In this document: one piece after another, positions 38,829 through 50,630 of the stretch
Numbering within the stretch: position 1 is the first letter of the stretch
How the letters are laid out: every line of letters begins with the position of its first letter
The notes under the pieces: model-generated
Told to the model about the DNA's origin: nothing
Database searches by the model: none
The model's input: the letters and a program-made list of their open reading frames with translations, nothing else
Assembly (NCBI GenBank): GCA_010909165.1
Contig: MU008204.1
Span: 203,810-267,809 of the forward strand
Direction of reading: 5' to 3'
From: Anthoceros angustus
Taxonomy: Eukaryota > Plantae > Anthocerotophyta
Length of the DNA: 64,000 bases
Position numbers and translations under genes: made by a program

Positions 38829-39454
38829 ATGATTCTGGGAAGAAGCTCAGTCGCAGCCTCCTTAGCTCCTCCGAGGCAGCATCCCTTTGGGGCATGCTGG
38901 CTGCCAGCATCACGGGTCCTGGTCACCCGCCGAAGAGCAGCAGCGTTTGGAGGTGCTTCCGTCAGAGGTGCCACATCCGACGGCTTGACAGATGATGCGC
39001 CAGGGCCATCTCAGGTGCTTCACACTCAACGATGAATTAGGTTCTTGTTCTTCACAGTCCATAGGTTGCACACAGCTTTGCTCACAAATGGCCTTGTTAG
39101 GGCTCGTCTGTGCAATTCGATCTGCAACTCCCTCGAAGGAGACTGCTGGTGCAGTTCAAGTGCAACGTGTGCACCACAACAACACAGCGGCTTGTGAATC
39201 CCGAGGCTTACAAGCGAGGGACAGTCTTTGTTCAGGTCAGGGGAAATATTGATGTGGGCTCCGTCGAAGGATGTTGAAATGTTGAAAGCTCATGGTGGAG
39301 AAGTGGTTACTAACCCAACGGGGACTCGATTGTACAGTGTTCAGGTTGTGAATCATATCACCAGCTGGTCGATAATCTGGGACTGATACAGGAGTATGAC
39401 TTCAGGAAACCTGACACAGAGTCTACGGTAGATTCCGCCCTGGATGATGTCTAG
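38829..39454 (+). CDS. DNL-type (Zim17/Tim15/HEP) zinc-finger protein, plastid-targeted; exons 38829-39014, 39101-39235, 39338-39454
   Basis: Spliced product: transit peptide|...DLQLPRRRLLVQFKCNVCTTTTQRLVNPEAYKRGTVFVQ|CSGCESYHQLVDNLGLIQEYDFRK...*; both introns are GT-AG, phase 0. Confidence 0.93.
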
Positions 39455-40547
39455 GTGACTCGGCGGAAGCATCAGGTAAAACTCTCGGCCACATTTTCTG
39501 CGATCCAGTCCGAGTGCAGTCTAGCGCATGCGGCCACACCCTGCTCATCTTCCCAGAACTCCATGCAAGTTGTGAGGCGAGAACTGACAATCATGCCTTC
39601 GATTTTGTGACTTGAAAATTATGCTGTTGAGCCTGCTGCAGAGTAGGAGAGTCATGAGACATGTGCTACAGTAATGCCTCACCCTGTTACTCCTGTGCAG
39701 AGAAGATCAGAATATTGAACAGCTCTCATATTTTGTAGGGCTCGCCCCAATGTTACGAAAAAATTCAATCGAGGTGCCTGGAACAGATTCGCATGTTCTG
39801 CTGTGAAGGCTGCTTCTGGTGCTGAGCACAAGGGCACACACCAAAACTTCTTGCTCCCAGCATATTATTAAGCGAAAAAGACACAACTTTATTCCGTAAC
39901 AACATTCTATTCCACACACGCTCTCGAAACATCCGTTTGCAGACTTGCAGACTCTGGCAGTGCTCGACGACTGCTCATCACAAAGCATACCATCACACCA
40001 ACCCATTCCATGATTTCCCTACAAACGACATCCCACATGCGATGACGGCTGCAATGCCGCTTCACGGTTTACAACACCCATTCTTACAACGGGAACTCAG
40101 CAATGCCCAACTGCTCGAATGGGCCGATGTACTTCTGCGCATTCAAGATTGGCGACTGATTTGGGCGGAAGTAGGAAGAAGTCTAAGTGGACTTCAATAG
40201 ACTTTTCTTCGTCTTCTTCCAACGGTAGGACTTTCCGCTCATAGTCCATGTCGTCTGGGAAACACTAGGTCTTCGATAAGCAGAAGGGACGATGCAGGTG
40301 TGAGATGTACAAGCCAGGCGGCATCACCGGAATTCCTTTTATCCTCTTGAGAGGCATGCACGTGCGAGTCGTGGATAAGGGGCGAGAGTGTGCATAGTTC
40401 GATGCATGGTACCTGGCATCGTGCAGTAGCCTGCTGTTAGACTCATGGTCCGACATCGGTCCCTGAACGATGGCCAAAGTATGGCAACCAGCGTTCCTGT
40501 ACGAAGCTGGCAGGAGTTGAATGCCAGGTCGGCCGCAGATGAGGGAC

Positions 40548-42915
40548 TCAAGAGCTGCACCGAATTGCGAGATAACAAAGAGTGGGAGCTCCTCGGGCGT
40601 CGGCAAAAGCCAACCAGGTGCAGCGACAGTGGTCGTTCCTGGTGCTGCGGTACTCGCCGCAAGAAATCTCCACCCCCGTCTCCTCCTTCACGATGAGGAG
40701 CAAGCCTGCGAGGAACTGCTCCGTGGTGGCCCGGTCACCAACGGTGATGCCCTGGCGCGTGAGCTCGAAATGTACCCGCCTGGCCACGCCAAGCAGGGCC
40801 TGTATCTGCCGCAGGTCCTCCTGGTCCAGCTCCACGGTCCTCTCCTGCACGAAATGCGACTTGCACGCGGGGACGTTCATGCAGCTGGTGTAGGCGAGCC
40901 CCTTGAAGGGCCCCTGGTCGTCCCCCTCCTGCGGCCTGCCCTGCCCTAATTGGTGCGCCATGTAGATGAGCCCGGACTGGATGGCCTGCGTCTCGAACGC
41001 CCGGTGCAGCACGCGGTACGGCGACAGCTCGATCAGCACGCTGTTCTTCCGCGCCAGCAACGACGGGTTCACCAGGTTGGCCCCGTGCAGCGCGATCACC
41101 ACGTCCGCCTCCTGCGTCGCCTTCAGCTGCTCCCGGAAGCTCATCGTCCGGAAGCTGATGTTCCGCACCGCGAAACCCTCCAACCCCTCCAGCACCGCCG
41201 CCAGCCCCTGCTCGGATTCCGGGGAGAAAATCCTCCGCTTGCCGTCCCTCCGGCTGTACAGCAGCACCGCCGGGTCCGTCCCCGGCGGCCGTGTGTCCGC
41301 CTCCAGGTGCAGCCAGTCCCGGAAATGCTGGCGCATCATGTCCGCAACCTCCACGCCCAGTCCCACGTAGTGCGCGTGCTGTGTGCAGGGCCTCGAGGAT
41401 GTTAGACATGTTGTGTTCTTTCCTTTCAGATTTTACAGGACATGCACAGAAGAAGAAAAGAAGAGAAAAAGAACAAGATGTTAAACATGCACAACACACA
41501 GAAGAATTGAAGAAGAGAAGAAGAACCAGAACATTACAGGGAGGATGCTAAACAGCACAACACGCAGAACAAGAATGAAGAGAAGAGAAGAAGAAGAACA
41601 TTACAGGGAGCTCGAGGATGTTAAATGTGCACAACACACAGAAGAATTGAAGAAGAGAAGAAGAACCAGAACATCACAGGGAGGATGCTAAACTGCACAA
41701 CACGCAGAACAAGAATGAAGAGAAGAGAAGAAGAAGAAGAACATTACAGGGAGCTCGAGGATGTTAAACATGCAAGACACACAGAAGAGGAAATAAGACG
41801 AGAAGACGACGAAGAGGAGACGACGAGATGAAGAAGAAGAGAAGAAACAGACAAGAAGAGAAGAAGAAGCGCAGGAAGAAGAATTCTATTGCGTAAAGAA
41901 GGGATACGCTCACCTTGAGGATGCCCGGGAGGAAGGCGTGCTGGAAGCAGAGCGGGCGGTCCTCGGACGCGTCCATGAAGGGGGCGCGGCCCAGCTTGGC
42001 CCTGCCCTGGGCGGCCACGACGTGGCGGCCGTCCCCGGCGACGAGGTCGGGGCCGCGGAGCTCCGGGGTGTGGAAGGGGGCCAGCACGCGGTTGAGGTTG
42101 GCGGCCATGAAGGTGGCGTGGAATCCCTGCTGGTTGCGGGTGGTGTTGGCCCACTGCTGCTCGCGGCCGGGGTAGAGCGGGAAGTAGAATCTGTCCACCA
42201 GCGTATCGCGCAGCGCGGGCACGGGGATGGAGGCGCCGTTGAAGATGGTGAGCATGTTCATCTTGCCGACGAAGTGGGCCAGATTGGCGGTGCTGCGGTC
42301 CAGGAAGATGAAGCTGGTGGTGCCGGCCTCCCACTGCAGGCTCCCGCGCCTGCTCCTGCTGTGGAACCAGGCGCGGTCGCGGGTGCCGAAGGGCATCCAG
42401 TACTCCCGCTGCAGCGCCGCCAGGTACCTGGCCCAGGCCCTCGTGTCGTTGCAGCGCTGCGGGACGAGCGGCCCCCAGCCCCCGGCCGGGGCCTCGGCGA
42501 GCGCGTTCTCGCACGCCGGGGCCGGCCGCTCCCCCACCGTGATAATGTGGCTCCCGTTGTAGCACACGTTGCGGAACCGTCCCAGCACCTGCCCGCTGTT
42601 GAAGACGTCGGCCAAGTTGTAGAGCTCCAGCCTCGTGTCCACGGCCGCCCCTTCCGGATGCCCGCCCCGCTCGGGATCCGGAACGAGGCCCGTCTCCGGC
42701 CCCTCCAGCAGCTGCTGCAGCCCGAGCGTGGTGGAGTCCTTGTCCCCGATCCACGCCGCCAGCCAGATGCCCTTCTCCCGCGCGGGGACGCCCAGCGAGT
42801 GGTAGTTGAAGAGGAAATTGACGCAGAAGAAGCCCAGGGTGACCAGAGCGACCTTGGCGAACAACACGTCCAGCCTGCTGCTGCCGCGGACCTTCTCCGA
42901 GGCCGCCGCCGTCAT
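40548..42915 (-). CDS. Glycosyltransferase family 61-like protein, paralogue 2 (intron ~41379-41913)
   Basis: TM; NLAHFVGK; PLCFQHAFLPGILK|; MSFREQLKATQEADVVIALHGANLVN; same intron position as paralogue 1. Confidence 0.8.
41392..41790. repeat. Intronic ~140-bp composite tandem repeat (GAA-rich on + strand)
   Basis: gatgttaaa(c/t) recurs at ~41477, 41617 and 41760; each unit has two ~70-bp subunits. Confidence 0.85.
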
Positions 42916-43924
42916 CTTGGGATTGCGTACTAGTACTCCAGCTTGCGATCGTCCTGCTCCTGGAATCACAGACCAAGCAATTCCACCACAACCAGAAGCC
43001 GTCTCGGATGTGGCCACCTGCGGGCCTGGGGTGCGCTGCTGCCTGATCCGATCTCAAATTGCGGCCTCCCCCGGCCGCTGCAACGGCCCGGGAGCCCGAG
43101 GACCTTTCACGACCAACAAGACATACTCCATCCATGCGTAGTCACCGGCGTACAAAGCTAGGGAGCCGGTATATTTATCCCGCCAATCTCGGCAGCGCGC
43201 CTTCACAGCGCGCTGACGGGTCCGCGTCCTGCAAACACCGGGTCGTCTCACATCCCAACCCGGGCGATCCGTGGCGGATTTATCGCCGCCATTGCAAATG
43301 GCTGACAGGGCTGTCTCGAGTCCAGCATATGTGCGTATTCCGAGCCCGTCGTAATGCATTGTTCAAGCAGAGCAGATGGTAAAGATCTGCCGGAGCTCCA
43401 GGAGGGTTGCAGCCAGAGACGGGGGCAGTCCTACGGTCTCACTTCATGCTGGAAGCAGCTGAGGAGGAGGAGGATGGGATCCATCGCTGTGGGGTGAAAA
43501 CGAGAGGGGAAGGGGAGGCTGTTTGGCTACTCTTGCAAGAGTCCATTAGGTTACTGCCCACTCACTCCATGTCATTCATCTTCTAGACTGTTTGTGATTT
43601 GCTCCACTCTCCTTATGTGGAAGGGGTGTCTGCTGTCCATTTCTGGTGGTGTGTGATCTTTCCATTTCCAGGCTTGAGCTACCAGAATCAACAACTCTAA
43701 CCCAAATACGCGAGTTGGCCGACGTGGCAGTAGTCTGGGAGTGAAGAGCGAAGCAGTCATTGCAAGATGGTGGTTCCATGGATGCGCTCACTGAGGCCTT
43801 AAGGTTGGAGTTTTGTCTTTCTTCTGTCGTAGGGGTGGCGATGGCTGGACTTGCTGAACTGCAGGATGCTGGCCAGAGAGCCAATGATTGGCGCCAACGT
43901 GCTCAGCTTCTGCTGATCCACAAA

Positions 43925-44590
43925 ACAAACAATCCACCCCGATTAGGGATAACTGTCTCAAGTTCACTTGGTCAACCGTAAGAACGTCTCCACTTTCAAG
44001 CATGTCAATCTCTCCCACACACTTCGCTTCAATCGATTTCACAACACTCTTCAGCCTATAGTATTTCCGAACAGCCCCAATCTCCGTCACCACGATTCCT
44101 TCACACAGCCAGTAATCTCTTCTAGACTTCCTTTGTTTCCACCTCTCCTGCTCTGTCAAAACATCAGCTTTCCCACCTTCCCTTTTCACACCGGCAGGAC
44201 CATGTCTCTCATCTTTGCTCACACATGTCTGTCCCTCTCATTTACATCATCACCACTGAAAATAGTTGGGTTCTTTTGCAAAGGCGCTCCCTTGACAACC
44301 AAAGTGAGCCACACGGCATTCCTAAACTAAACGCCACATTCTCACCATTTCCTTCCTCTCCCTGAAGAGACTCCTTTTCCTCATCCTCTCGATCAGTCAT
44401 TCATATCACTAGGCTTGCCTGCTTTAGCCGCCAAGATCTCCCTCCCATGCAGTTTGGCCTTTCGTTTCGTTTTCTTCCGGTTCTCCTTAAGCACAGTTTT
44501 TGGCTTCTTATCTTTGAACTTCATGAACCATCCCTTGGGAGTTTCATCCACCTTGCACTTGCCCCCACTCGACCCAAGTACTTAACAAAG
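43925..44590 (-). pseudogene. KIN17: KIN17 pseudogene fragment
   Basis: FVKYLGR..KCKVDETPKGWFM; RDYWLCEGIVV; VGEIDMLESGDVLTVDQ/ELETVIP; frameshifted. Confidence 0.85.
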
Positions 44591-44745
44591 AATGAAGAAG
44601 AAGATGAAGAATTTTATTTAAGTCCACTAAGGACGAATTTCCGTCCTGGGACTTGGTACTTAACAACATTGTACCATGGTATGCTAAGCTACTAGCACCA
44701 AGGGCATCCATTCTCTTTAGGCACCCCATCTAAGTCCCAATCCAA
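44590..44745 (-). mobile_element. (TTC)n-tailed short element
   Basis: gaagaagaagatgaagaattttattaagtccactaaggacgaatttccgtcctgggacttggtac... Confidence 0.85.
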
Positions 44746-44816
44746 GCGCAGATTCCAGTAAATAAAATCAAAATAAAGAAGTTTTATATCTATGGTACAC
44801 TTGAAATGTGGCATGA

Positions 44817-44887
44817 GCACTGGTGGTCTAGTGGTAGAATAGTACCCTGCCACGGTACAGACCCGGGTTCGATTCCCGGCCAGTGCA
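44817..44887 (+). tRNA. tRNA-Gly(GCC)
   Basis: GCACTGGTGGTCTAGTGGTAGAATAGTACCCTGCCACGGTACAGACCCGGGTTCGATTCCCGGCCAGTGCA. Confidence 0.98.
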
Positions 44888-44949
44888 AACTTGTCCATAT
44901 TCTTGAGTTTTATTCCGTATCTCGATTACAAATTATTCGTCGTTCAAAT

Positions 44950-45110
44950 GTTTCTTACTTTCTTACTTCTATTTCTTTATCTCTATATAAATAATTCACC
45001 CTTAAAATATTTCTTATTTTCTTACTTCTATTTTCTTATCTCTATATAAATAATTCACCCTTGAAATATTTCTTATTTTCTTACTTCTATTTTCTTACTT
45101 CTATATAAAT
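44950..45110. repeat. AT-rich ~59-bp tandem repeat, ~2.7 copies
   Basis: tttcttacttctatttt(c)ttatctctatataaataattcaccctt repeated. Confidence 0.85.
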
Positions 45111-45269
45111 TATTTAGCAAGGTACTTGTCCGGTAATTGGTAGGGCTCTTGTCCAATAATGGATAGGGCTTAGTCTAAATGGACACACATTTATAAGATT
45201 AAAAGAACGTTCTTATTTAGATTGGCGTTTAGATCACACGTTTATAAGTTTATAAGAACGTTCTCACTT

Positions 45270-45750
45270 AGATTGGCTGCCTAGAGGCAATGGATGCCCT
45301 TGGATTGGTACTCTGGGGTTAACTGAATCTCTTTGAATCTATTTGCATTGTCTATAAGATGTTGAGGCTAACAACGCAACCAGATTGCAGGGGTTAACTG
45401 AATCTCTTTGAATCTATTTGTATTGTCTATAAGATGTTGAGGCTAACAACGCAGCCAGATTGCACTGCCTATAAGATCGTTGAGGCTAACAACGCAACCA
45501 AATTGCACTATCTATAAGATCTTGACGAACAATGCAAACATCATGTACTTGGCTGCCTAGAGGGAGTGGATGCCCTTAGATTGGTACTCTGGAGTTAACT
45601 GAATCTCTTTGAATCTATTTGCATTATCTATAAGATATTGAGGCTAACAACGCAACCAGATTGCACTGTCTATAAGATCTTGGCAAAAAATACAAACATC
45701 ATGTATTATATAGATCTTGAGATGAACAATACAAACATAATGCACTATCT
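45270..45750. repeat. Composite tandem array
   Basis: ctataagat(g/a)ttgaggctaacaacgcaaccagattgca x4-6, interleaved with gttaactgaatctctttgaatctatttg x3 and tggatgccctt pieces of the short element. Confidence 0.85.
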
Positions 45751-48700
45751 AAGCCCCTTCATTTAGAGGAATTCTATCTAAGGTTGCAATGCAAGTGGAT
45801 GATGGCATTGGCATGATGACGGTGAGACATCTTCCTGCTTTCATTCGGCATGAGATTATGCATAGACTAATGGATATGTGAAGTGATAATCAAGTGCTTC
45901 AAGGGCATATGGAAGACCCTATGTTTTGAGCCAAGGTACATCTGTGTGAAACCATAGTTTCTCAATGTTGTAGGCACAAGTAGCTTTTTGGTGGATCCCA
46001 ATTTGGGTAAATACTTAATAAACACCAAGTCTTAAATTTAGATATTATGAATTAGAAAAAGTATATGGAGAAGATTGGTAGGTCTTTAGTGAAGACATGT
46101 ACACCCAAACTTTAAACCCTAAATTGATATATCCAAGTTGAGGAATGGTCTAAATAAACATCAAATGTAAGGTATGACTATTATTCATTTGAAACCTGTC
46201 ATCAGCTTTCTTCCATGGAGATGAATTGGTGGTATTTAATCCTCGTTCACCACAATTGCATTGACAATATTGATTAATTGGTTGCTTTTTTCTCTTGCTT
46301 GAATTTAGTTCTTTTTTTCCGCCAAAAATAGGACTGTATAGATTTGTCACAGATATAGTGAAAACTCACATGGGGAGAAGATTTTAGTTCTAGACTAGTC
46401 TATACATTTTAATGACAATCTATATATTTGTCATATTTCAGTTCCCATGATGGTCATCCACCCTTATTGGACTTAAAAATATTCCTTCTTCTTCTTCTAT
46501 ATATTAAAATATTAAAATATAAATACTATGTTCTTGAACTTTATTTATTTTATTTTAGTACTTACAAAGCTTCAAATAATATCATTGCTCATGACAATGA
46601 AGGACTTAGGTATATTTGAAAGTTTCAAAAGTATCCAAGAAACCGATACAACCAACCGACAGTTTAGTATCCAAGTTTTGAAAGAATCCAAGAGTACAAC
46701 ACCTACGATTTTATGGATGATGTTCATTCATGTTCAAAGACGCCGTTGTCCACGGGACAAGTGTGCGCGCTAATCCCTTTCCAAGCAGCTGGGTATGTGG
46801 GTGAAACAAAACGAGCGAAACCTGGCTTAGGATTCTCATGCACGAACTTTCTTCCTTTTCTTTCGCATAAATAAATGGGCAGCCTGTCGAGGGGCGTTTT
46901 AGAAACTTCGGTGTGACCAGCTGAGTATCAGCTTCCAGAACGTTCTGATGTGATCCGCAAAGTGCGGGGAGGAAAGGAGGTAAGCATTTGTGCACCGCCA
47001 TCTGTACCATCTCCCTTCATGCTGCACAACCTCTGCAAAGAATTGTAGTTTTGTTTTCTGCTATCGTCATCGGGACAAGTTACAACAACCCAACGTCATC
47101 AGGCAGCGGATGGCACAAAAATAGGGGGACTGGATCCTGCGGAGCTCACAGCGTATTATTGCGCCGTGGACAATGACTTCGCATTTATGGTTCCAAATGA
47201 ATGCTAAGTACCAGCCTGCACTTATCATTCGGCTGCGCCATTTCTTTTCACATCCCAACCGCGAAGAAGCATGGGAAGGCGAACTGAACCATCCGGCCAG
47301 GGCGCCAAGCACGGACAGACACATGTACATACATACATAAGGAGCTCTCACATTGGGCAGATGGGGAACTTACCGAAACCCTGCGACAACTTGTGATCAC
47401 CCGGTTGGAGCTGAAGCCGGAGGAGTTGGAGGTGGAGCCCAATCGAATCGACGGCAACATGTGGTGGATGGAAGTTGGAACCAACTGAACCTGCTGAACA
47501 GTGATTTGCAACCATAGTCCGGCAGGGCCCCCGGCAGACAAAAGTGACAGATAACGTGGTTGTGGTTGGCAGCCTAGTACTGTACATTCCCGGAAGTGGC
47601 TTGTGGATCGATAGGTCTGCGTTGCACAAGAGCAGTGTAGACCATCCTCGTGGGACGGTGGGAGACCGTGGGACGATATGCCGGTAGTGGCCCACATGGA
47701 TATGCAGGGAGGTAGGCGGAGGCCGGCGATGGGCATGATTGTTGGTGCGTGTTGTTGGAGTTCGTAGCCCTCATCACATCTTCGTGTCCAGGACGAGGAG
47801 TATGTACGCCGTCCAGAGTACTCTCATCCTAATGTGCTCCACTGCACACGACACCCTTCAAAACACCCGCAATGTCATCCCTTCTCATGTCCAGCCCCTC
47901 GTTGACTGCAGCCAAGCATGTCCTGTAAGTAAATTGTGTGTACATATGTAGTCGGGAAAACCTAAACAAATGGGAAGGACCCGTCAAAGAACACATGACA
48001 AATCCCTCAGGACGAAGATGACCTAAAAAGCTCCATGACCTATAATCACGCACAGAAACAGAACACCGGAAGCGTACTCCAGCCAGCAACCAGCATAGCA
48101 TCGATGGCATTGATGAATCAAAACCCTGGTCACTGGCTCACAAAGGAGCCCTTCCGGAACCGGCCCATCGAGCCATCTCTGCCCCGCAGCAGGGCCCACT
48201 CTCTCACCGGGCCACATGCACTAGGACATCTGCAAGCCAGACAAGACAAGGCAACGCTGCGTGTGTGGAGTGGATAAGTAACAATCGGAGTACAGGAAGG
48301 ACAAACCCAGTGCGCCTGCCTGCCAGCCAGCCAGCCAGCAACTGGTACTGTACATCTGTGAATCCCACTTCCACGAGGATATTTCACCTCCTTCCAACAA
48401 CGCAACACTGGGGCAGTCGCTAATCAAGGCCACTCCTGCGCTCCATAGTTTGAAAACCCGCTTCCCAGCTTCCCCCATCAGCTGCTGCCACAACACACGC
48501 TGGAGGCGGCCACATGCCGGAACGCGATTCGGGCGCGCGTCTCACCGCAGCGGGAGGACCGGGATGGTTGAAAGCGTTAGCAGTTAGTAACTTTTTCATG
48601 AATGCCGTACAGCATTCGTTTCACCTGCCGTGAATGGGATCCATCAGCTGCGCTGCTGCGGCCCGGGACGGGACGGGACGGGACGGGCCCCGGCACATCA

Positions 48701-49796
48701 TGCATTTTACTGCTCCACGTCTCCCTTGCGTGGCTCTTATCTTTTACAATTTATGTTGATTCGATGCATCATCGGGAGCGGGTCGGAGGGCGGGTGCGGA
48801 TGGGACCGCGCGCCGCCCGGGGGCCTCGCTTGCCGCCCCAGGCCCCAGGCTTCTGCACCGCATGGTATAGGGCACAGACTGGCATACGGATCGCGCATGT
48901 CTGCCTCGATCGGGAGTGCTTCACGGACAGCAACGGTCTACGGGAACTGTGGGAACCGGGACTCATCTCCGGTCAAGATGCCGGCGTGGAAGATTCCAGT
49001 AGCAGAAGCGGGAGGCGATCGAGGCAGGGAGACGAGCCGGGAGCCGGTCCCGGTCACTCGCGGTCTTTCTTTTCAGCGGGGAGCGATGTCACGCTCCGGC
49101 GCCTTCCTCATCAATGCCGGGCCCCCGCGCCTGTACCTCCCCGCGGCCGCGGCAAGTGAAATCTGGGGAATTGAGGCACCGTGAATGCGAGGTAGAGAGA
49201 GAAAGTAGAGAGAGACGGGGAGAGAGGGTGGCAGGGTGCCATGGAGCGCGCGCCGGCTCCTTGTTGTAGCCGCGCTGCCTGCCCGCGTCCCTGCCAGAGC
49301 AAACCGAGCGTCCGGACTCTGTGCTCGCCGCTGCTGTTGCTGCTCTCTCGCAGGCAGGCTTCAGAGCGGACCGTTTGTTTGTTTTGTTTCTGTGTGTGTC
49401 TGTGTGACAGTGAGCCTCCCGGTCTCTCCTCTCCGTCCGGCCGGATTTGCTACTGTTGTATCGAGTGTGCGGATTGTGTACGTGTGCGTGTGAGAAAGAG
49501 GTTGAGATCGGCGTGAGGAAATTTTGCAACTGATTTTGGACAGTTCCCGGGGCTGAGGTGAAGGAGCTCGGATTGCATTTGCGGAGGAGTTGATGGAGGC
49601 ATTCCTGTGGCTGTTTCTGGAGATTCTTTCTCAGCGGTGAAGGTTGGAGGATTGTGAGACAGTTCTCGGGTCTGTGCGCGGTGGAGGACGGTTATGGATT
49701 TCGCTGCTTGCTGAAATCTGAAGGATTGCGAGCAGGAAGCGGGAGTAGGAGAGGAGTAAATTATTGATATTGTAGTGTGGAGTCCGGAGTCCGGGG

Positions 49797-50630
49797 ATGG
49801 GGAACTGTCAAGCTACCACAGCCGCGGCTGTGGAAGTGGAGCATTCGGACGGCAGGAAGGAGAGGTTTTACTGGTTAGCGTCCGCCAGGCAACTCATGCT
49901 GCAGAACCCGGGCACTACGTGGCTGTCTTCTCGCAGCAGCTGCCTGGCTGCACGGTTATGGTAGTCACTCCTACTTGCTTGGCGCCTCCGACGCTGGTAA
50001 TGGTTCGCACGCCGGGTCACGGTCCAAGAGCAGGACGAAGGAGGAGCAAAGCAGGACCAAGCTTAAATTGATGCCTCCTGATGCGGTTTTGCTGGTCGGA
50101 AGCTCTTATCGGCTCGTCACGTTCGAAGGTGAGCTGTCTCGCTCGTTTCCTCTTGGTGTTGTTCCAATTGCCAGGTCATGGCTGGTGCAACTTTCACCAG
50201 GATGCGAGCTCATGCGTGCGCGTGGCCGATTCATTTTGCAGAAGCTGTTCAGGTATCGCGGGGGAAGCGGAACAGCATCACTCACACAAAGCACAAGGTC
50301 CACCCTGATGTGCCCGTGGCTGAGGAGCCCGCACCGGACAGTCCTCGCGGTCGAGAAGAGGAACTCGTGCAGGAGGTAAAGTTTACCAATCTTTGCGGAC
50401 GAGACGCTGGCCATCGCTTTTCTGTCGAATGCTTTTTTCCGGCCTCGAGGCACTCCCAGACCAACTTTCTTGACCGCTTCCATGCTGAGTCGTTTTTCCC
50501 CTTTCCGGTACAGGATGACGACGAGGAGGCTCTGATGGCCACCGTGACAATGCAAACCGCGTTCGCTCGATCCATGGGGCGCCAGCAGTGGCGACCTGCG
50601 CTGCAGAGCATTGCTGAAGTGGGATGGTGA
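49797..50630 (+). CDS. DUF4228/PADRE protein, copy 1 (exon 1 frameshifted as assembled)
   Basis: MGNCQA...; exon 2 is intact through WRPALQSIAEVGW*. Confidence 0.75.

Noticed and set aside
38440-38974. Short ORFs upstream of and overlapping the DNL gene
   Set aside because: No motifs; probably UTR or antisense noise.
44888-44990. Dicistronic tRNA-Gly-snoRNA as in Arabidopsis
   Set aside because: No C/D boxes seen; a T-run follows ~20 nt downstream.
46700-48990. Possible gene or exon (e.g. DGELTETLRQLVITRLELKPEE..., ~47360-47488)
   Set aside because: No recognisable family and no coherent exon chain; left unannotated.
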